Positions 51,772-64,000 of a stretch of DNA of 64,000 bases are shown piece by piece; within the stretch, counting starts at the first letter, position 1, and each line of letters starts with the position of its first letter. This stretch comes from Candidatus Bathyarchaeota archaeon (GTDB taxonomy: Archaea; Thermoproteota; Bathyarchaeia; Bathyarchaeales; Bathycorpusculaceae): assembly GCA_963777155.1 (NCBI GenBank), contig CAVZPM010000039.1, positions 96,001-160,000 of the forward strand, given 5' to 3'. The notes beneath the pieces are model-generated. The model saw only the letters and a program-made list of their open reading frames with translations. It was not told the origin of the DNA and made no database searches. Both the position numbers and the translations under genes were made by a program.

Positions 51772-52890
51772 TTAGAGGTGGAACTTGCGGTTCTTCGCTG
51801 CAACGTCATTGCCGAACTCCTTAGCCAACTGTTCAATGAGAACCCGTTGTTGATTTGTAAGTTTTTCGGGAATAGAAAGGCCAATACGCACTAGCAAATC
51901 GCCTCTGCCGTAACCTCGGAAATGCGGCATCCCCCTGCCTCTCAAGGTTACAGTTTCCCCAGGTTGGGTACCAGGACGCACCCTAATGATTGTTGGGCCT
52001 TCCAAAGTTGGTATAGATATTTCTGCACCCAAGGCCGCTTGAGGATAAGTGATAAATGCAATGTGCCAGAGGTCGTCGCCTTCCCGCATGAATTGGGGGT
52101 TTGGCTTCACATGCACAATGACATAAAGGTCGCCTGCTTCGCCGTCAATAACTTCCATCTCGCCTTCACCGCGGAGCCGTAGCTGGTAGCCTTCGTCTAT
52201 ACCCATTGGGATTTTAACGGTGATTTTACGTCTACGCCGGAAGAGGCCTGCACCGTGGCAATTGGTGCAAGGCGAATCAATGAGTCTGCCTTTGCCTTTG
52301 CATGTTGGACAAGGTGCAACCTGAACGTACGTGGCAAAGCCGGCTTTGCGCATGTTCTGAATTTTTCCTGAGCCACCACAACGGGGACAGGTACGTGCTT
52401 GGGTACCTGGATTTGCTCCTGAGCCGCCGCAGACTTCGCAGCGTTCTGTTCTGGGTATTTCGACTTCTTTTTCGGTACCTTTAGCGGCTTCTTCTAAGGT
52501 GATTTCAAGGTTGTATGCGAGATCTTGTCCGCGGTTGCGTTCTTCGTAGCCGCTAAACCCACTTTGACCTCCAAATATGGTTCGAAACAGATCGCCGAAG
52601 CCCATGTCTCGGAAGACGGAGTCGAAGTCTGCTCCGCGGAAAATGTCTTCCGAAGTATAGCGTTGGTCAAATCCTTGGTGTCCAAGGTTATCGTATGTTT
52701 GACGTTTCTGGTCGTCGGATAAAACGGCATAGGCTTCTGAGATTTCCTTGAAACGTTCCTCGGCGCCAACGTCTTTATTACGATCTGGATGAAACTGCAT
52801 GGCAAGTTTCCTATACGCGTCCTTGATTTCGTCCTTGGAAGCACTTTTCTGAACGCCTAAAACCTCGTAGTAGTCTCTTTTTTCAGCCAT
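51772..52890 (-). CDS. dnaJ: Chaperone DnaJ
   Basis: J domain HPD; four CxxCxGxG repeats. Confidence 0.97.
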   Translation of the reverse strand: MAEKRDYYEVLGVQKSASKDEIKDAYRKLAMQFHPDRNKDVGAEERFKEISEAYAVLSDDQKRQTYDNLGHQGFDQRYTSEDIFRGADFDSVFRDMGFGDLFRTIFGGQSGFSGYEERNRGQDLAYNLEITLEEAAKGTEKEVEIPRTERCEVCGGSGANPGTQARTCPRCGGSGKIQNMRKAGFATYVQVAPCPTCKGKGRLIDSPCTNCHGAGLFRRRRKITVKIPMGIDEGYQLRLRGEGEMEVIDGEAGDLYVIVHVKPNPQFMREGDDLWHIAFITYPQAALGAEISIPTLEGPTIIRVRPGTQPGETVTLRGRGMPHFRGYGRGDLLVRIGLSIPEKLTNQQRVLIEQLAKEFGNDVAAKNRKFHL

Positions 52891-53237
52891 GTGACCTTAC
52901 CGTTAGGGTGATTTTTTGAACTTTGATACAATGCTTTAGACTGAGATTTAAGGTATTTCCCAGCTTCTACTGTTTTAGGGTGTTGAGCATTTAGACGCGA
53001 TTTCTTCTATAGCCTTTAAGATAGACGCGAATACAAATCGGTTTGCGTTTGTTAAGTTGCAGAACTTTTTGCTATGATTGGTATTCTGGAGACGCTGAAA
53101 AACCTTAATTGACCAAAGAGTAAATTCCCCCAGTTTCTACCACTTAAAATTGTACTATACACTAGTAAGTATCGAGTTGTAGTTAAAAAAACTGGAAATT
53201 AACTATTTTATGCAAGGAGAGGAAATTTAGCTTAGGA

Positions 53238-53885
53238 TTACTCTATAGAATTTGCCGCCGTCAAATTGGTCGAGAAGGTTTGAATTGTGGATCCCCGAAT
53301 CCATGCGTCCGGGTTTTGATATTTCACAACCGGAGTTATTTGTCTAAGTCTGTTTGCTTCAGTTTGTTCCAACGCAAAAATAATCTCAACCAACTCTTCT
53401 CTATGTCGCTCTTTTTCTTCAGCGATTTTTTCAAAGACCTTGGCAAAATTCTCAACGTTAGCATTTGAGTATTTGGTTACTTCTTGAGCTATAGCATTAG
53501 TTGCTGTTGAATGCGCGTAGCTGCTGTAGGCGTCTGTTAGGAACTTTTCGAGTTTGGTTAATTCTTTTAGTACTTCACAGCTTGATTGATAGTTTAGGCA
53601 GTTGATTCTTTGGATTTCTTTTGAGAAGATTGAAAGTTGCGTGGCCAAGTCGGTTAGGTCTTTTTTGGTTTTTACGTTTTCAGTATTAGTTTGATCAAAA
53701 CAATCGAGAATAGCTTGCATGATTTTCGAACATTTTAGGCTATCGTAAGCCATTCCTAAGACGAGGCTGCTTTCTGGATGATTTATTTTCTTTGATAATT
53801 TGTCGTAGATGTTGAAACACTCGTTTTCTATGAGTCCAAAACCTCGTAGGTATTGTGTACTTTCTTCTAACTTCATTTTACCCAC
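53238..53885 (-). CDS. Ferritin/rubrerythrin-like four-helix protein (degenerate ligands)
   Basis: IE...IY..L..K and FEKIAEEKERHREEL helices. Confidence 0.55.
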   Translation of the reverse strand: MGKMKLEESTQYLRGFGLIENECFNIYDKLSKKINHPESSLVLGMAYDSLKCSKIMQAILDCFDQTNTENVKTKKDLTDLATQLSIFSKEIQRINCLNYQSSCEVLKELTKLEKFLTDAYSSYAHSTATNAIAQEVTKYSNANVENFAKVFEKIAEEKERHREELVEIIFALEQTEANRLRQITPVVKYQNPDAWIRGSTIQTFSTNLTAANSIE

Positions 53886-54028
53886 AGAATAAGGTTCTAT
53901 CGTGAATATTAATAAACATTATTGTTCCGAGAAACAAACAAACACCTGTTCTACAAAGCAACTTACTGGACAAATTGCCTGTCAATATAAGGAGTATCTT
54001 AAAAAAAGGTAAGATTTGTAGCCTAGGG

Positions 54029-55939
54029 CTACTTTACCTTGTAGTCTTCTGAGTCAACTACGTGTTCGCCTTCGGGTCCTGCTTGGGGTGCCTCGCTTTG
54101 TTGTGGTTCTGGTCCTGCTCCAGGCTGCGGTCCCGCTTGCTGACCTCCTGGCTGTTGTTGAGCATATTGCTGGGCGGCTTGCTGATAGACTTTGGTTCCG
54201 ACTTCCTGCAGAACCTTCTGTAATGCATCGGATTTGGCTTTAACAGCTGCCATGTCGTTGCTGGCTAAGGCATTCTTAAGTTCAGTTACAGCTGCGTCGA
54301 TTTTGGCAACCTCTTCAGGGCTGATTTTGCCTGCAAGATCTGCTTTAGTTCGGTCAGCGGTATAGACAAGGCTGTCGGCGTTGTTGCGGGTTTCGGCTTC
54401 TTCTCTCTTTTGGCGGTCTTGTTCTTGGAATTGTTCGGCGTCTTTGATTAGGCGTTCCTTTTCTTCTTTGTTGAGCTTGGTTGAGGCGGTTATACGGATT
54501 TTGTTTTCTTTGCCTGTGCCGCGGTCTTTAGCGGTGACATTTAGGATGCCGTTGGCATCTATATCAAAGGTGACTTCGATCTGTGGGACGCCTCTTGGTG
54601 CAGGTGGCAAATCGACGAGGTTAAACATACCTAGTGAGACGTTGTCAGTTGACATGGCGCGTTCGCCTTGCAACACATGGATAGTGACTGCAGTTTGGAA
54701 GTCAGCGGCTGTAGTGAAGACTTGGCTGCGTTTGGTGGGGATGGTAGTGTTCTTTTCGAGGACTTTGGTCATGACGCCGCCCATGGTTTCAACACCGAGG
54801 CTTAGGGGGGTAACATCGAGGAGCAGTAGGTCTGTGACTTCTCCAGTGATGACGCCTGCTTGGATAGCTGCGCCGATGGCGACACATTCCATGGGGTCTA
54901 GTCCGCGTTCGGGAGCTTTTCCGAGGATTTGCTCTACGAAGCGTTGGACAAGGGGCATTCTGGTCATGCCGCCGATGAGGATGATTTTGTCAACTTGTGT
55001 TGGATTCAGTTTGGCGTCTTCTAAGGCTTTTAGCAGGGTGGGCCTTGTGCGCTCGACGACGGGTTGTGCAAGGGATTCTAGTTTAGTTCGAGTTAGGGTT
55101 AGGCGTAGGTGTTTGGGTCCCGAGGCGTCTGAGGTTAAGAATGGTAGATCGATGTCGGTGCTCATGAGAGTGGAGAGTTCGATTTTGGCTTTCTCTGCCG
55201 CTTCTTTTAGTCTGGACATGGCCATGCGGTCGCCTGATACATCCACTCCTGACTGGCGCTTGAATTCGTCGAGGATATAACCCACGACTGCTTTGTCCAC
55301 GTCGGTTCCACCCAACTGAGTATCGCCACTGGTGCTTAGAACCTGAAAAACGCCCTTGCCAAAGTCCATTAAGGTGACGTCGTGAGTTCCGCCTCCGAAA
55401 CTGAATACGAGAATTTTCATTTCGTGCTCCAGTTTGTCGATGCCGTATGCGAGGCAGGCTGCAGTGGGTTCGTTGATAATGCGCATGACTTCGAACCCAG
55501 CAATTTCGCCTGAATCTTTAGTGGCCTGTCGCTGGTTGTCGTTGAAGTGGGCGGGCACTGTGATGACGGCTTTGTTTATGTTTCCGCCAAGGTAGGTTTC
55601 GGCGTCTTTCTTTATCTTCTGCAGTATGAACGCTGAAATCTGTTGTGGGCTGTATTCTTTTCCATATGCGTTCACTTTCGCATCGCTGCCCATTTTGCGT
55701 TTTATCTCAAAGAAGGTGCCTTCGGGGTTGGTGGTTGCTTGGCGTTTGGCTGATTCTCCAACTAAAAGTTGCCCATCCTTTGTGAAGGCAACAACTGATG
55801 GAAACATTTTCCCAGCCATTGTGGGGCCTTCCGCACTCGGAATAACTGTTGCGTGTCCCCCCTCGTAGATGGCGGCTGCTGAATTGGTTGTTCCCAAATC
55901 GATACCTAATACTTTTTGATTTGTTTTTTGATTACTCAT
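54029..55939 (-). CDS. dnaK: Chaperone DnaK (Hsp70)
   Basis: [46 protein letters not shown]. Confidence 0.98.
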   Translation of the reverse strand: MSNQKTNQKVLGIDLGTTNSAAAIYEGGHATVIPSAEGPTMAGKMFPSVVAFTKDGQLLVGESAKRQATTNPEGTFFEIKRKMGSDAKVNAYGKEYSPQQISAFILQKIKKDAETYLGGNINKAVITVPAHFNDNQRQATKDSGEIAGFEVMRIINEPTAACLAYGIDKLEHEMKILVFSFGGGTHDVTLMDFGKGVFQVLSTSGDTQLGGTDVDKAVVGYILDEFKRQSGVDVSGDRMAMSRLKEAAEKAKIELSTLMSTDIDLPFLTSDASGPKHLRLTLTRTKLESLAQPVVERTRPTLLKALEDAKLNPTQVDKIILIGGMTRMPLVQRFVEQILGKAPERGLDPMECVAIGAAIQAGVITGEVTDLLLLDVTPLSLGVETMGGVMTKVLEKNTTIPTKRSQVFTTAADFQTAVTIHVLQGERAMSTDNVSLGMFNLVDLPPAPRGVPQIEVTFDIDANGILNVTAKDRGTGKENKIRITASTKLNKEEKERLIKDAEQFQEQDRQKREEAETRNNADSLVYTADRTKADLAGKISPEEVAKIDAAVTELKNALASNDMAAVKAKSDALQKVLQEVGTKVYQQAAQQYAQQQPGGQQAGPQPGAGPEPQQSEAPQAGPEGEHVVDSEDYKVK

Positions 55940-56478
55940 TCTTGTTTTTCCTCCATTTTGTTATTCTTATTACTCTGATTTTTTGGCTTGACTGCCACAC
56001 GTACAATACTGGGGCGAATTACTCTACCCCTTAAAGTATACCCTTTCCGTATCTGGTCGATTACGGTTGATTCTGCAACATCCTCTCGTTCCTCGGTTGC
56101 TATGGCGTTGTGTAATGAGGAGTCAAAAGGTTTGCCTTGTGGGTCGGGTATTTCACACACTCCTTCTTGCTCAAGAGCCTTTCTGAGCTTGTTTAGCGTC
56201 ATTTCTACCCCCTCCAGTAAGTTCTGGGTAGATTGGTTAGAGATTTCCCCATTCTTCACTGCAAGCTCCAATTCATCAACTACATCCAACAGCTGCATAA
56301 CAATACGTTCGTTGCAGTAGCATTTTATCTGCTCAGTCTCACGATCGAAGCGTTTTTTAACGTTTTCGAAATCTGCTTGCAAATATTTTAGTCTAGTCAG
56401 GTAGTCCTCGGATCGTTTCTTCTCGTTTTCTAGTAGTTGCTCAAAATTTTCAGGCTGAGACTCTTTGGCGTCGGTCAT
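55936..56478 (-). CDS. grpE: Nucleotide exchange factor GrpE
   Basis: [29 protein letters not shown]. Confidence 0.95.
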   Translation of the reverse strand: MTDAKESQPENFEQLLENEKKRSEDYLTRLKYLQADFENVKKRFDRETEQIKCYCNERIVMQLLDVVDELELAVKNGEISNQSTQNLLEGVEMTLNKLRKALEQEGVCEIPDPQGKPFDSSLHNAIATEEREDVAESTVIDQIRKGYTLRGRVIRPSIVRVAVKPKNQSNKNNKMEEKQE

Positions 56479-56504
56479 GATGGATTTGTCCCTCTTGGCT
56501 TATT

Positions 56505-56948
56505 CTATGCGATGTATTTTTCCTTTTTTGTGTCTCTTGGTTTTAGTTGTTCTGCAGGCAACGCCGGGATTTGTTCTTGTTGGATTTGATTGTATGATGC
56601 TTGGCTCGTTTGTTCTACGAATTTTTTGAATATTATTTCAGCGACTAGGTCTCCGACTGCTTCTTCTTTGAGTTCATTATTGAAGAAGTGTTTCTTGAAG
56701 GATTCTGTAATTTCGTTCTTGTCTACGATGACTTTTTGGTTTGCGCTGTCATTCCATGCTTGGGTCATTAGCTTGTAGCCTAATTCTATGAAGATGTTGA
56801 CCATCGTGGTGTAGTCTATATCGAACGGAGCGTCTCCAGTTAAGAAACGCCCTTTTGTGAGCAAGATTTTTTTGTCGTTTTCTGGGGTTACTGTTAAGCT
56901 TCTGCGCATTTTTTCACCAGTGTCATGGTGCATTTTGCACCGCTTCAC
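56505..56948 (-). CDS. Hypothetical protein leading the grpE-dnaK operon (possible RHH regulator)
   Basis: MRRSLTVTPENDKKI...IDYTTMVNIFIELG; TATA-like TATATAAG upstream. Confidence 0.6.
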   Translation of the reverse strand: MKRCKMHHDTGEKMRRSLTVTPENDKKILLTKGRFLTGDAPFDIDYTTMVNIFIELGYKLMTQAWNDSANQKVIVDKNEITESFKKHFFNNELKEEAVGDLVAEIIFKKFVEQTSQASYNQIQQEQIPALPAEQLKPRDTKKEKYIA

Positions 56949-57101
56949 CTAAAGCACACCTGTGCATGCTTGCTTATATATTTTCTGCCAAAAAACTCGA
57001 AAAAGAATCAAAGAGTGTCCAAATTACATCTCGTTACATCTAATGGATTCACTCGAGTCGCGAATCTCACTGACCAAAAACAAGTAACTAAAGAAAAGAG
57101 G

Positions 57102-58068
57102 CTAGGCTGACTCGCATTTCTGCAAGAGCCGACTCCAACGCTCATCAGTTGCATCGTTGCATCTCGTCTAGGATATGGCTATTCTGTGGTGTAAACAGGT
57201 GCCTGAACCTACCCTGCCCCTCCAAGTACGCTTTCACCGGCTTCTTTTTCTGCGGCGCCAAAGCAATCAGTTTACTTGGGGTTGAGAGTTGTCGTTTGCC
57301 GTTGACGGCTTCCCAAATCGGGAATACGCAGGATTCCACTGAGAGTTTGCTGTACTCCATTGTTTTTGCGGGTTCGCTTCTCCAACCTCGAGGGCATGGA
57401 GCAAATACATGCAAAAACGCTGGTCCCTCAACCTCTATGCCTTTGCGGACTTTGGTTAGCATGTCTTTCCAGTAGTAGGGTGTTGCTGTGGCGACATATT
57501 CCATTTCGTGAGCGAGCATGATTTCGGTTATGGGTTTTTTCTTCTCGAGTTTGCCTGGGTTTACTGAGCCTGCGGGGGTGGTTGTAGTTGCTGCACCTGT
57601 TGGGGTTCCGCCACTACGCTGGATTCCAGTATTCATGTAACCTTCATTATCGTAAAGTATGAAGAGGAAATCATGTCCACGTTCAACTGCACCCGAGAGA
57701 GCTTGTAAACCAATATCTATGGTTCCGCCGTCACCAGCCAACGCGATGACATCGACGTGCTCCTGCTTGATTTTGCCTTTCTTACGCATAATTTTCAGAG
57801 CAGCCTCAATGCCTGAAGCATTTGCCGCAGCGTTTTCAAAGGCGGTATGCAGCCAAGGGAGCGCCCAAGATGTGTACGGATAGATAGAGCCGACGATTTC
57901 CATACAGCCTGTTGCTTGGGTTACAATGGTTGGTCCGCGGGTTGCTTTCATTATTAGCCGTAACGCTGCAGCTGGTCCGCAGCCTGCACATGCACGGTGT
58001 CCTGAAAGGAACAGGTCGGGTTTTAGCGCGATGTCTTTTGCGGTAAATTTCCATTCTTGAGTGGTCAT
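57102..58068 (-). CDS. porB: Pyruvate/2-oxoacid:ferredoxin oxidoreductase beta subunit (3' frameshift)
   Basis: GHRACAGCG, GDGG..DIG, DNEGYMNTGIQRS, PCP.GW. Confidence 0.93.
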
Positions 58069-58079
58069 TTTCTTATCTC

Positions 58080-59318
58080 CTACTCCCTTAATCCAAAATA
58101 ATGCACGGTTTTCTCTACCTGTCCAGTTTTAGCTATGCGGATGAGGTCCTCAAATATGCGGCGTAGGTCACGTGGGCTACTGTCTCTACCACCAAGACCA
58201 AAAATGTAATCCACCATTATTGGGCGTTCTTTTAGATCGTAGAGTGCGTTTCGGACTTCATGGAAAACTGCGGCGCCTAAGCCACCGGGACTCATGCTCT
58301 TATCCATAACTGCAACAGCTTTAATGTTTTTTAGAGCATTTTTAAGATCTTCGACGGGTAGAGGCCGGAACGTTCGAAGTCTTAGAACACCTGCTTTGAT
58401 GCCTTCCTCTCTTAGTTTATCAACAATGACTTTCAGGGTTCCAGCGGTTGAGCCTATGCAAACAATAGCGATTTCGGCGTCGTCAAGCTTATATTCGTCG
58501 ATCAGTCCGTTGCCGTAACTCCTACCGCTGATGGTTGCGTATTCGCTGTTGACTTCTTGGATCTTTTTTAGGGCGTTTCTCATGCCTTCTTCCTGTTGCC
58601 GCTTGAACTCAAAATAGTAGTTTTGTAATGCATTGGGTCCCATGGTCATTGGATTTTCGGGGTCAAGCTTGAATGGAACTGTTTTTCCCTCGTGAGTCAG
58701 CACCAAAGGATATTGGCGTTCCCCGACGAATTTTTTGACGGCTGTCTTCGTTGAGCACGTCAACTCTTTCCAACGTGTGGCTGATAGTGAATCCGTCTAA
58801 ACCGACTATTATCGGCAGTGAAATCCCCAGTGTCTTCGGCAATCTTGAAGGCTTGAATTATGCAGTCGTAGGCTTCTTGGGCGTTTTCAACGTAAATTTG
58901 TAATCCACCCGCTGTCTCGTTCAGCCATGCTGTCTGAGTGGTCACCATGAATGTTCAGCGGTGCAGACAGATGCTCGGTTTGCAACAGCCATTACAACTG
59001 GTGCTCGTGAACCTGAAGTCACAAATAGCATTTCATGCATCAGCGCTAAGCCTGCTGATGCGCTGGCTGTGAAGGTGCGCGCTCCTGTGGCTGCCGCTGC
59101 AAGACAAGCCGTCATGGCGCTGTGCTCTGATTCAGTGCAGACAAATTCCGTTTGGACTTCTCCGTTTGCAACATATTCGCTGAATTTTTCGACGATGATT
59201 GTTTGCGGAGTAATGGGGTACGCTGCAACAACGTCAACGTTACATTGTTTAACGGCGAAGGCAACTGCTTCGTCTCCGTTCATAGCAATAGGTTCTTGTT
59301 TAGTTTGTTGAGTGTCAT
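58080..59318 (-). CDS. porA: Pyruvate/2-oxoacid:ferredoxin oxidoreductase alpha subunit (multiple frameshifts)
   Basis: [24 protein letters not shown] over several frames. Confidence 0.9.
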
Positions 59319-59320
59319 TT

Positions 59321-59605
59321 TTATTCCTCGGGCATTTTCATGGTTATTGCTTTGGTTGGGCATTCGTTGGCGCATATTCCACAACCTTTGCAGAAGCTGA
59401 AGTCAAACTCGATTTTACCCATTTCTGGACGCCATTTTATCGCGCCTTCTGGACACATCATCACGCATGTCAAGCATACAGTGCATTTTTCTAGGTCGCG
59501 TATTGGCATGTAGGTTTTCCAGTCGCCGGTCATAAATCCGATGCTTGATTTTGGAGGAACACCTGCTATCGAGATTTCTTTCCAAGTTTTTTCTTTGCTG
59601 CTCAT
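59321..59605 (-). CDS. porD: POR delta subunit (2x[4Fe-4S])
   Basis: [29 protein letters not shown]. Confidence 0.93.
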   Translation of the reverse strand: MSSKEKTWKEISIAGVPPKSSIGFMTGDWKTYMPIRDLEKCTVCLTCVMMCPEGAIKWRPEMGKIEFDFSFCKGCGICANECPTKAITMKMPEE

Positions 59606-60166
59606 ATGACTTTTGCCTCTTTGTATGCTTCTTGGATAACTGCAAAGTTCTTCTCAGCTAAATCCGGTCGGAAACGTCCCTTGAGGGTTTTCTCGTATCC
59701 CTTTAAGCGTAACGATCTCGGTTGCTTTAGCTACAACACCTAGTAATGCAGTGTTGGTTATTGGGGCACCGAGGATTCGCAGGGCAATTTCGGTGGCGGG
59801 AACTGTCCACACCTTGCCTTTGGTCACACGCAGGTTTTCTTTAAGAACTGCTGGGTCCTCACTGGAATTAATGATTAAAGAGGCTTCATCTCGATTTAAT
59901 CCAGCGGTTACTGGGACAGTTTTCAACAATGTATTGTCTAGAACCACTACAACATCTGGGTCGTAGATTGCACAATGTAGCCGTATTGGTTCAGTGCTAA
60001 TTCTGGTGAAGGCAGTTACTGGTGCGCCCATTCTTTCGGGTCCAAACTCTGGAAAAGATTGGATGTACTTACCCTCGTCGAGGGCTGTTCTTGCCAAAAG
60101 TTCACTGGCTGTCCAAGCACCTTGCCCACCTCTACCATGCCATCTAAACTCTACCATAGTTTTCAA
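59602..60166 (-). CDS. porG: POR gamma subunit (3' frameshift)
   Basis: HGRGGQG, FPEFGPERMGAPV. Confidence 0.93.
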
Positions 60167-60552
60167 AGCATTCCCCTCACTAAAGTATGTTCTGAAGTAA
60201 ATTGACGATTACCTTGATATACATTTTTCTCTGAATTCTTGACATTTCTAAGTGTTTTGGGCTTTTTTCTTTCCAATCCTATTTCTTCTTCTTGAAAATC
60301 TTAACGCTTTCTCCGCCATTCGACATCTTGGAAGCCAAGTTCTGTAAACTTATTGACTACAAAATTGTTTGGGGTCAGGTGGTTGCGTAAACTGTCGGTT
60401 GGTCTTTTTCAGGCAGGTGATATTCCAGCTTCATGAAGGACCTTTAAAAGGTCTTCTAGGATTGACTGCAATGTACATAAGGTTAGAGGCGAAGGCTACG
60501 AGTAAGCTTAAATACTTTTGTGGAACTGAAAGTGGCAGAGCACTGATGGTTT

Positions 60553-60629
60553 GCCGCCGTTGCACAGCCCGGTAGTGCAACTGACTGTTAATCAGTAGGT
60601 CAAAGGTTCGAGTCCTTTCGGCGGCGCCA
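60553..60629 (+). tRNA. trnN: tRNA-Asn (GTT), intronless, CCA encoded
   Basis: Acceptor GCCGCCG/CGGCGGC-G-CCA; anticodon arm ACTGA-CTGTTAA-TCAGT; T-arm GGTTCGAGTCC; CTTAAATA TATA upstream. Confidence 0.97.
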
Positions 60630-61163
60630 CTTCCCAATTACATTTCAAAACGTTTTCTCTCTTCATTTCCAATCTTTGCCTTTTTAGGAGGTAGTACCTA
60701 AAATAGATAAATTGGTTTTTTAGTTTTTTTAGGGTTTACGGATAAGAACTGGCTTGTATCTCTTTTATGTGCTAACAAAGTAACAAATAAGGAGAAAAAG
60801 TATTACAATGTTTGAATCTATAAGGCATGCCAAAAATAATGACAAATCCCGCTTCTATGAAAAGAGAATTGCAAAAACGTGAGCTACTTTAGAAACTAAT
60901 TTTAGACAAAGTTTATCAAAACATGGCTTAATAAATATCATTTTCCACGCAGTGGATCAAACAGGTGCTTAAAGGTAAAAAACCCTTGACTTAGGTTTTT
61001 TTAACATAAACAATGTGCAAAAACGCCATTCAAAAATACATCTTATTATTAATTTTTATAGACAAAAACATTAATTAAATTTCACATATTTGCGCTCTTT
61101 ACAAAGTTTTATAAATTGAACTGTTGACTGTAGAGGCACCGAAAAAAGGAAGAGAAGAAAAAA

Positions 61164-63653
61164 ATGAATCAAAACCTAAAACAAATATTCGCAATATGTC
61201 TACTACTATCATTTGCAGTTTCAATAGTGGCAGCATTTCCACTAAGCAATGCGCAAACAACAGCTAAAAAAACCTACGCATTCATTAACGCTACACCCAA
61301 CCCCGTCGGTGTCGGCCAAGAAACGCTGCTTCACATCGGCATTTCAGAAGCCACCAACGGAACATACTTTGGCTGGACAGGCTTGACAGTAACAATGACC
61401 AAACCCGACGGCACTGTACAAACCTTGGGTCCTTTCAAAACAGATGCAACAGGAGGCACAGGCTACTCAATTACACCCGACCAAGTCGGAACATACACAC
61501 TTCAGACACACTTCCCAGAACAGAAAATGGTCCCAGGCTTTGCCTTCCCACCAGTTGAACGAACATACGCCGCCAGTGACAGCCCAGTGGTCAACCTCGT
61601 CGTACAACAAGATCCAATCGCCTACTTCCCAGCATTTCCCACTACCGACTGAATACTGGAACAGACCAATCAACGCACAATTCTACGAATGGGCTCCATT
61701 GACAGGTGACTGGCTAAGACCCGCTGGAAGCTACACTATGCCACCAATTGACAAGTACCATGATGGCAACGCAAACGCACCCGAAACAGCCCACATTCTC
61801 TGGACTACTCCGTATGCCGAAGGCGGCATGGCTGGAAGTGAACAGGGTGTAATGGGTTATGAAATGGGTGACGCATACGTTGGCAAATTCTTAGGAACAG
61901 TCGTAATCAACGGCGTAATGTACTACAACAGTTATCAAGCAACAGGCGGAACTGCGGTTGAACAAACCGTACATGCAGTAAATCTAAAGACTGGCGAAGA
62001 ACTCTGGGTTAAAAACTGGAACAATTCAAGACTAGCCTTTGGTCAAGTATACAACTTCCAAGGATTCAACTACTACGGCTGCTTCGCATACCTATGGACC
62101 GTATCAGGCACCACTTGGGATGCATACGACGCACTCACTGGACGCTGGGTATACGAAATAACAAACGTACCTGCAGCAAACCCCAACTATAACTACTATG
62201 GAGAAAGAGGCGAAATCATAAGATACACTGTTAACCAACAAGCCGGCTGGATGGCTATGTGGAACTCAAGCAGAGCTACTAACCCACAGATCGCACAAGG
62301 CGTTGCAGACGGCAGCTGGGATATACCTGGAAGCAAATTCGACGGTTCAAGAGGTATACAATGGAACGTAACCATACCCACAGGCTTACCGGGCGCTGTT
62401 TGCCACGCAGCAGTCAACGATTGCGTACTTGGATCACAATCATCAGCCTTCCCAAGCTTTAGCGGCGCAACAATCACGTCATGGGCAATAAGTACAAAGA
62501 ACGAAAACGCAGGAACACTGATTTTCAAGAACACTTGGACAGTACCATCAGGCGAAGAAGAGGCAACTTGGGTTTGGAGTGATGTAAGCTTTGATGACCG
62601 CGTCTTTATCATGTCATGCAAGGAGAATCTCAAATTCTACGGCTTTGACTTAAACACTGGAAACTATAAGTGGACAACAGAACCAGAAAGCTACCTACAA
62701 TACTACGACAAATGGTATGGACCAATGCACGCATACGGAATGTTCTACAGTGAACGCATGAGCGGACAGATAATTGCTTATGATATACAGACAGGTCAAA
62801 GAGTTTGGAACTTCAACGTTACTGATCCCTACTCCGAAATTCTGTGGAGTGAGAACTTCCCAACCGAATTCCACTTCGCTACAGACGGAAAAATCTACGC
62901 TTCCTACGCAGAGCACTCACCTAACCTCAGCTCACGAGGCGCACCTATGGTCTGCCTTAACGCAACAACCGGTGAAGAAATCTGGAGAATAAGCTGGTTT
63001 GGTAACTGGTGGGGCGGAACTAATGTTATCGGTGACAGTGTAATGGCAGGACTCAACGCAGGCTACGACAACCGTATATACTCTTTCGGTCAAGGACCAA
63101 GTGCAACATCCGTTGAAGCATCACCTAAAGTCTCAACCAACGGCGACAAAGTCTTAGTCGAAGGATACGTAACTGACATAGCTCCAGGCTTAAGCAAATA
63201 TGACATCGCTGCAAGATTCCCCAACGGAGTTCCAGCAGTCTCTGACGCAAGCATGACAGACTTTATGCAATACGTTTGGATGCAATACCCCACACGCCCA
63301 GCAAGCACAGGTGTCCCAGTTACTATATTCGTAACTGACCCCAACGGCAATAGTTACCAAGTAGCCACAGCGACAAGCGACGCAAACGGCTTCTACAGCA
63401 CTAACTTTGTACCCGAAGTTCCAGGTCAATACACAATCATGGCTGTATTCGAAGGCACTAAATCATTCTATGGTTCCAACGCAGTAACAGCCATAAACGT
63501 TGGCGATGCTCCAACAGCTACTCCACAACCAACACAAGCCAGCTACATCAATGGCTGACCAATACCTCTTACCGGGTATAGTTGGCATAATTGTCGCAAT
63601 CGCAGTCGTAGGCGCAATACTAGCATTCGCTAGTCACAAAGAAAAGACCATAA
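61164..63653 (+). CDS. Large secreted PQQ-like beta-propeller surface protein with C-terminal TM (several frameshifts)
   Basis: Signal peptide, PNPVGVGQ, repeated xNLKTGEELW/YDIQTGQRVW blades, PNGVPAVSD.SM, PT linker and TM anchor. Confidence 0.85.
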
Positions 63654-63885
63654 GAAAAACAACCAAACAACAAACACCTTTCCTTTTTTTATTTTCCAAG
63701 AAGCAATGCCTAATAAATGGCTCTAAGTGGGTTCTAATAATATTCTCAAATAGCTACTAACAAGAAGGACTTTTACATCTGCTCTTCTCCTTAAAAAGCC
63801 AGAACCTCAGTAAACCCCTAAAGATACTTGTGTTCGGAATCACAATTGTCATGTGCATAAGTCGCTGGGTTGTGGCTTCAGGTTC

Positions 63886-63999
63886 TTATTTTTGTGAGTC
63901 AATTTTGGCGTTGGCTATAGCCTGGCTTTTCTCGCTTAACATAGTTCTGTAGTTTGGGCTGACTGGAAAATCAACGTTGTTAACGCAGGAAAATTCAAC
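63886..63999 (-). CDS. Possible 3' end of a gene running off the window edge
   Basis: Open frame VEFSCVNNVDFPVSPNYRTMLSEK...QK*. Confidence 0.3.
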   Translation of the reverse strand, partial: VEFSCVNNVDFPVSPNYRTMLSEKSQAIANAKIDSQK

Positions 64000-64000
64000 C

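Noticed and set aside
54381-55280. 299-aa antisense ORF inside dnaK, and similar antisense ORFs in the P-type ATPase, acs and DUF362 genes
   Set aside because: Antisense shadow ORFs caused by codon bias; no motifs.
60435-60456. Palindrome GACCTTT-A-AAAGGTC between porG and the tRNA
   Set aside because: Short, single copy, no supporting context.
60553-60700. tRNA-Asn as an integration site
   Set aside because: No duplicated tRNA 3' end or integrase in the window.

Overview
Archaeal chromosomal window. Gene content and protein style (TrmB paralogues, PQQ/kelch surface proteins, eL13, Nop5/fibrillarin, Pop5/Rpp30) point to Bathyarchaeia/TACK; this is my inference from remembered family motifs, with no database search run. 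Most of the window is housekeeping: an eL15-eL13-RNase P operon, galT/glycogen debranching/tpiA, rnhB, nop5-fibrillarin, aguB-aguA, pyrB, mdh, asnS, a P-type ATPase, satP-acs, grpE-dnaK-dnaJ, a four-subunit POR operon and tRNA-Asn(GTT). Many conserved genes carry single-base frameshifts, most simply explained as assembly indel errors. The most notable items are: (1) an ArsR-HTH + ATP-cone + class III ribonucleotide reductase (RNR) fusion that appears to lack the glycyl-radical and catalytic Cys motifs, a candidate nucleotide-sensing transcription factor built from a dead enzyme; (2) an accessory island at about 18-25 kb with a decayed solo-Cas1 C-terminus, a dif-like site, an origin-like iteron array, a K-turn motif and a membrane-anchored TIR protein; (3) a Nop5 with an RGG/GAR-like tail overlapping the fibrillarin start; (4) a structured 5' leader upstream of eL15; (5) a putative ribbon-helix-helix gene in the hrcA position of the dnaK operon.
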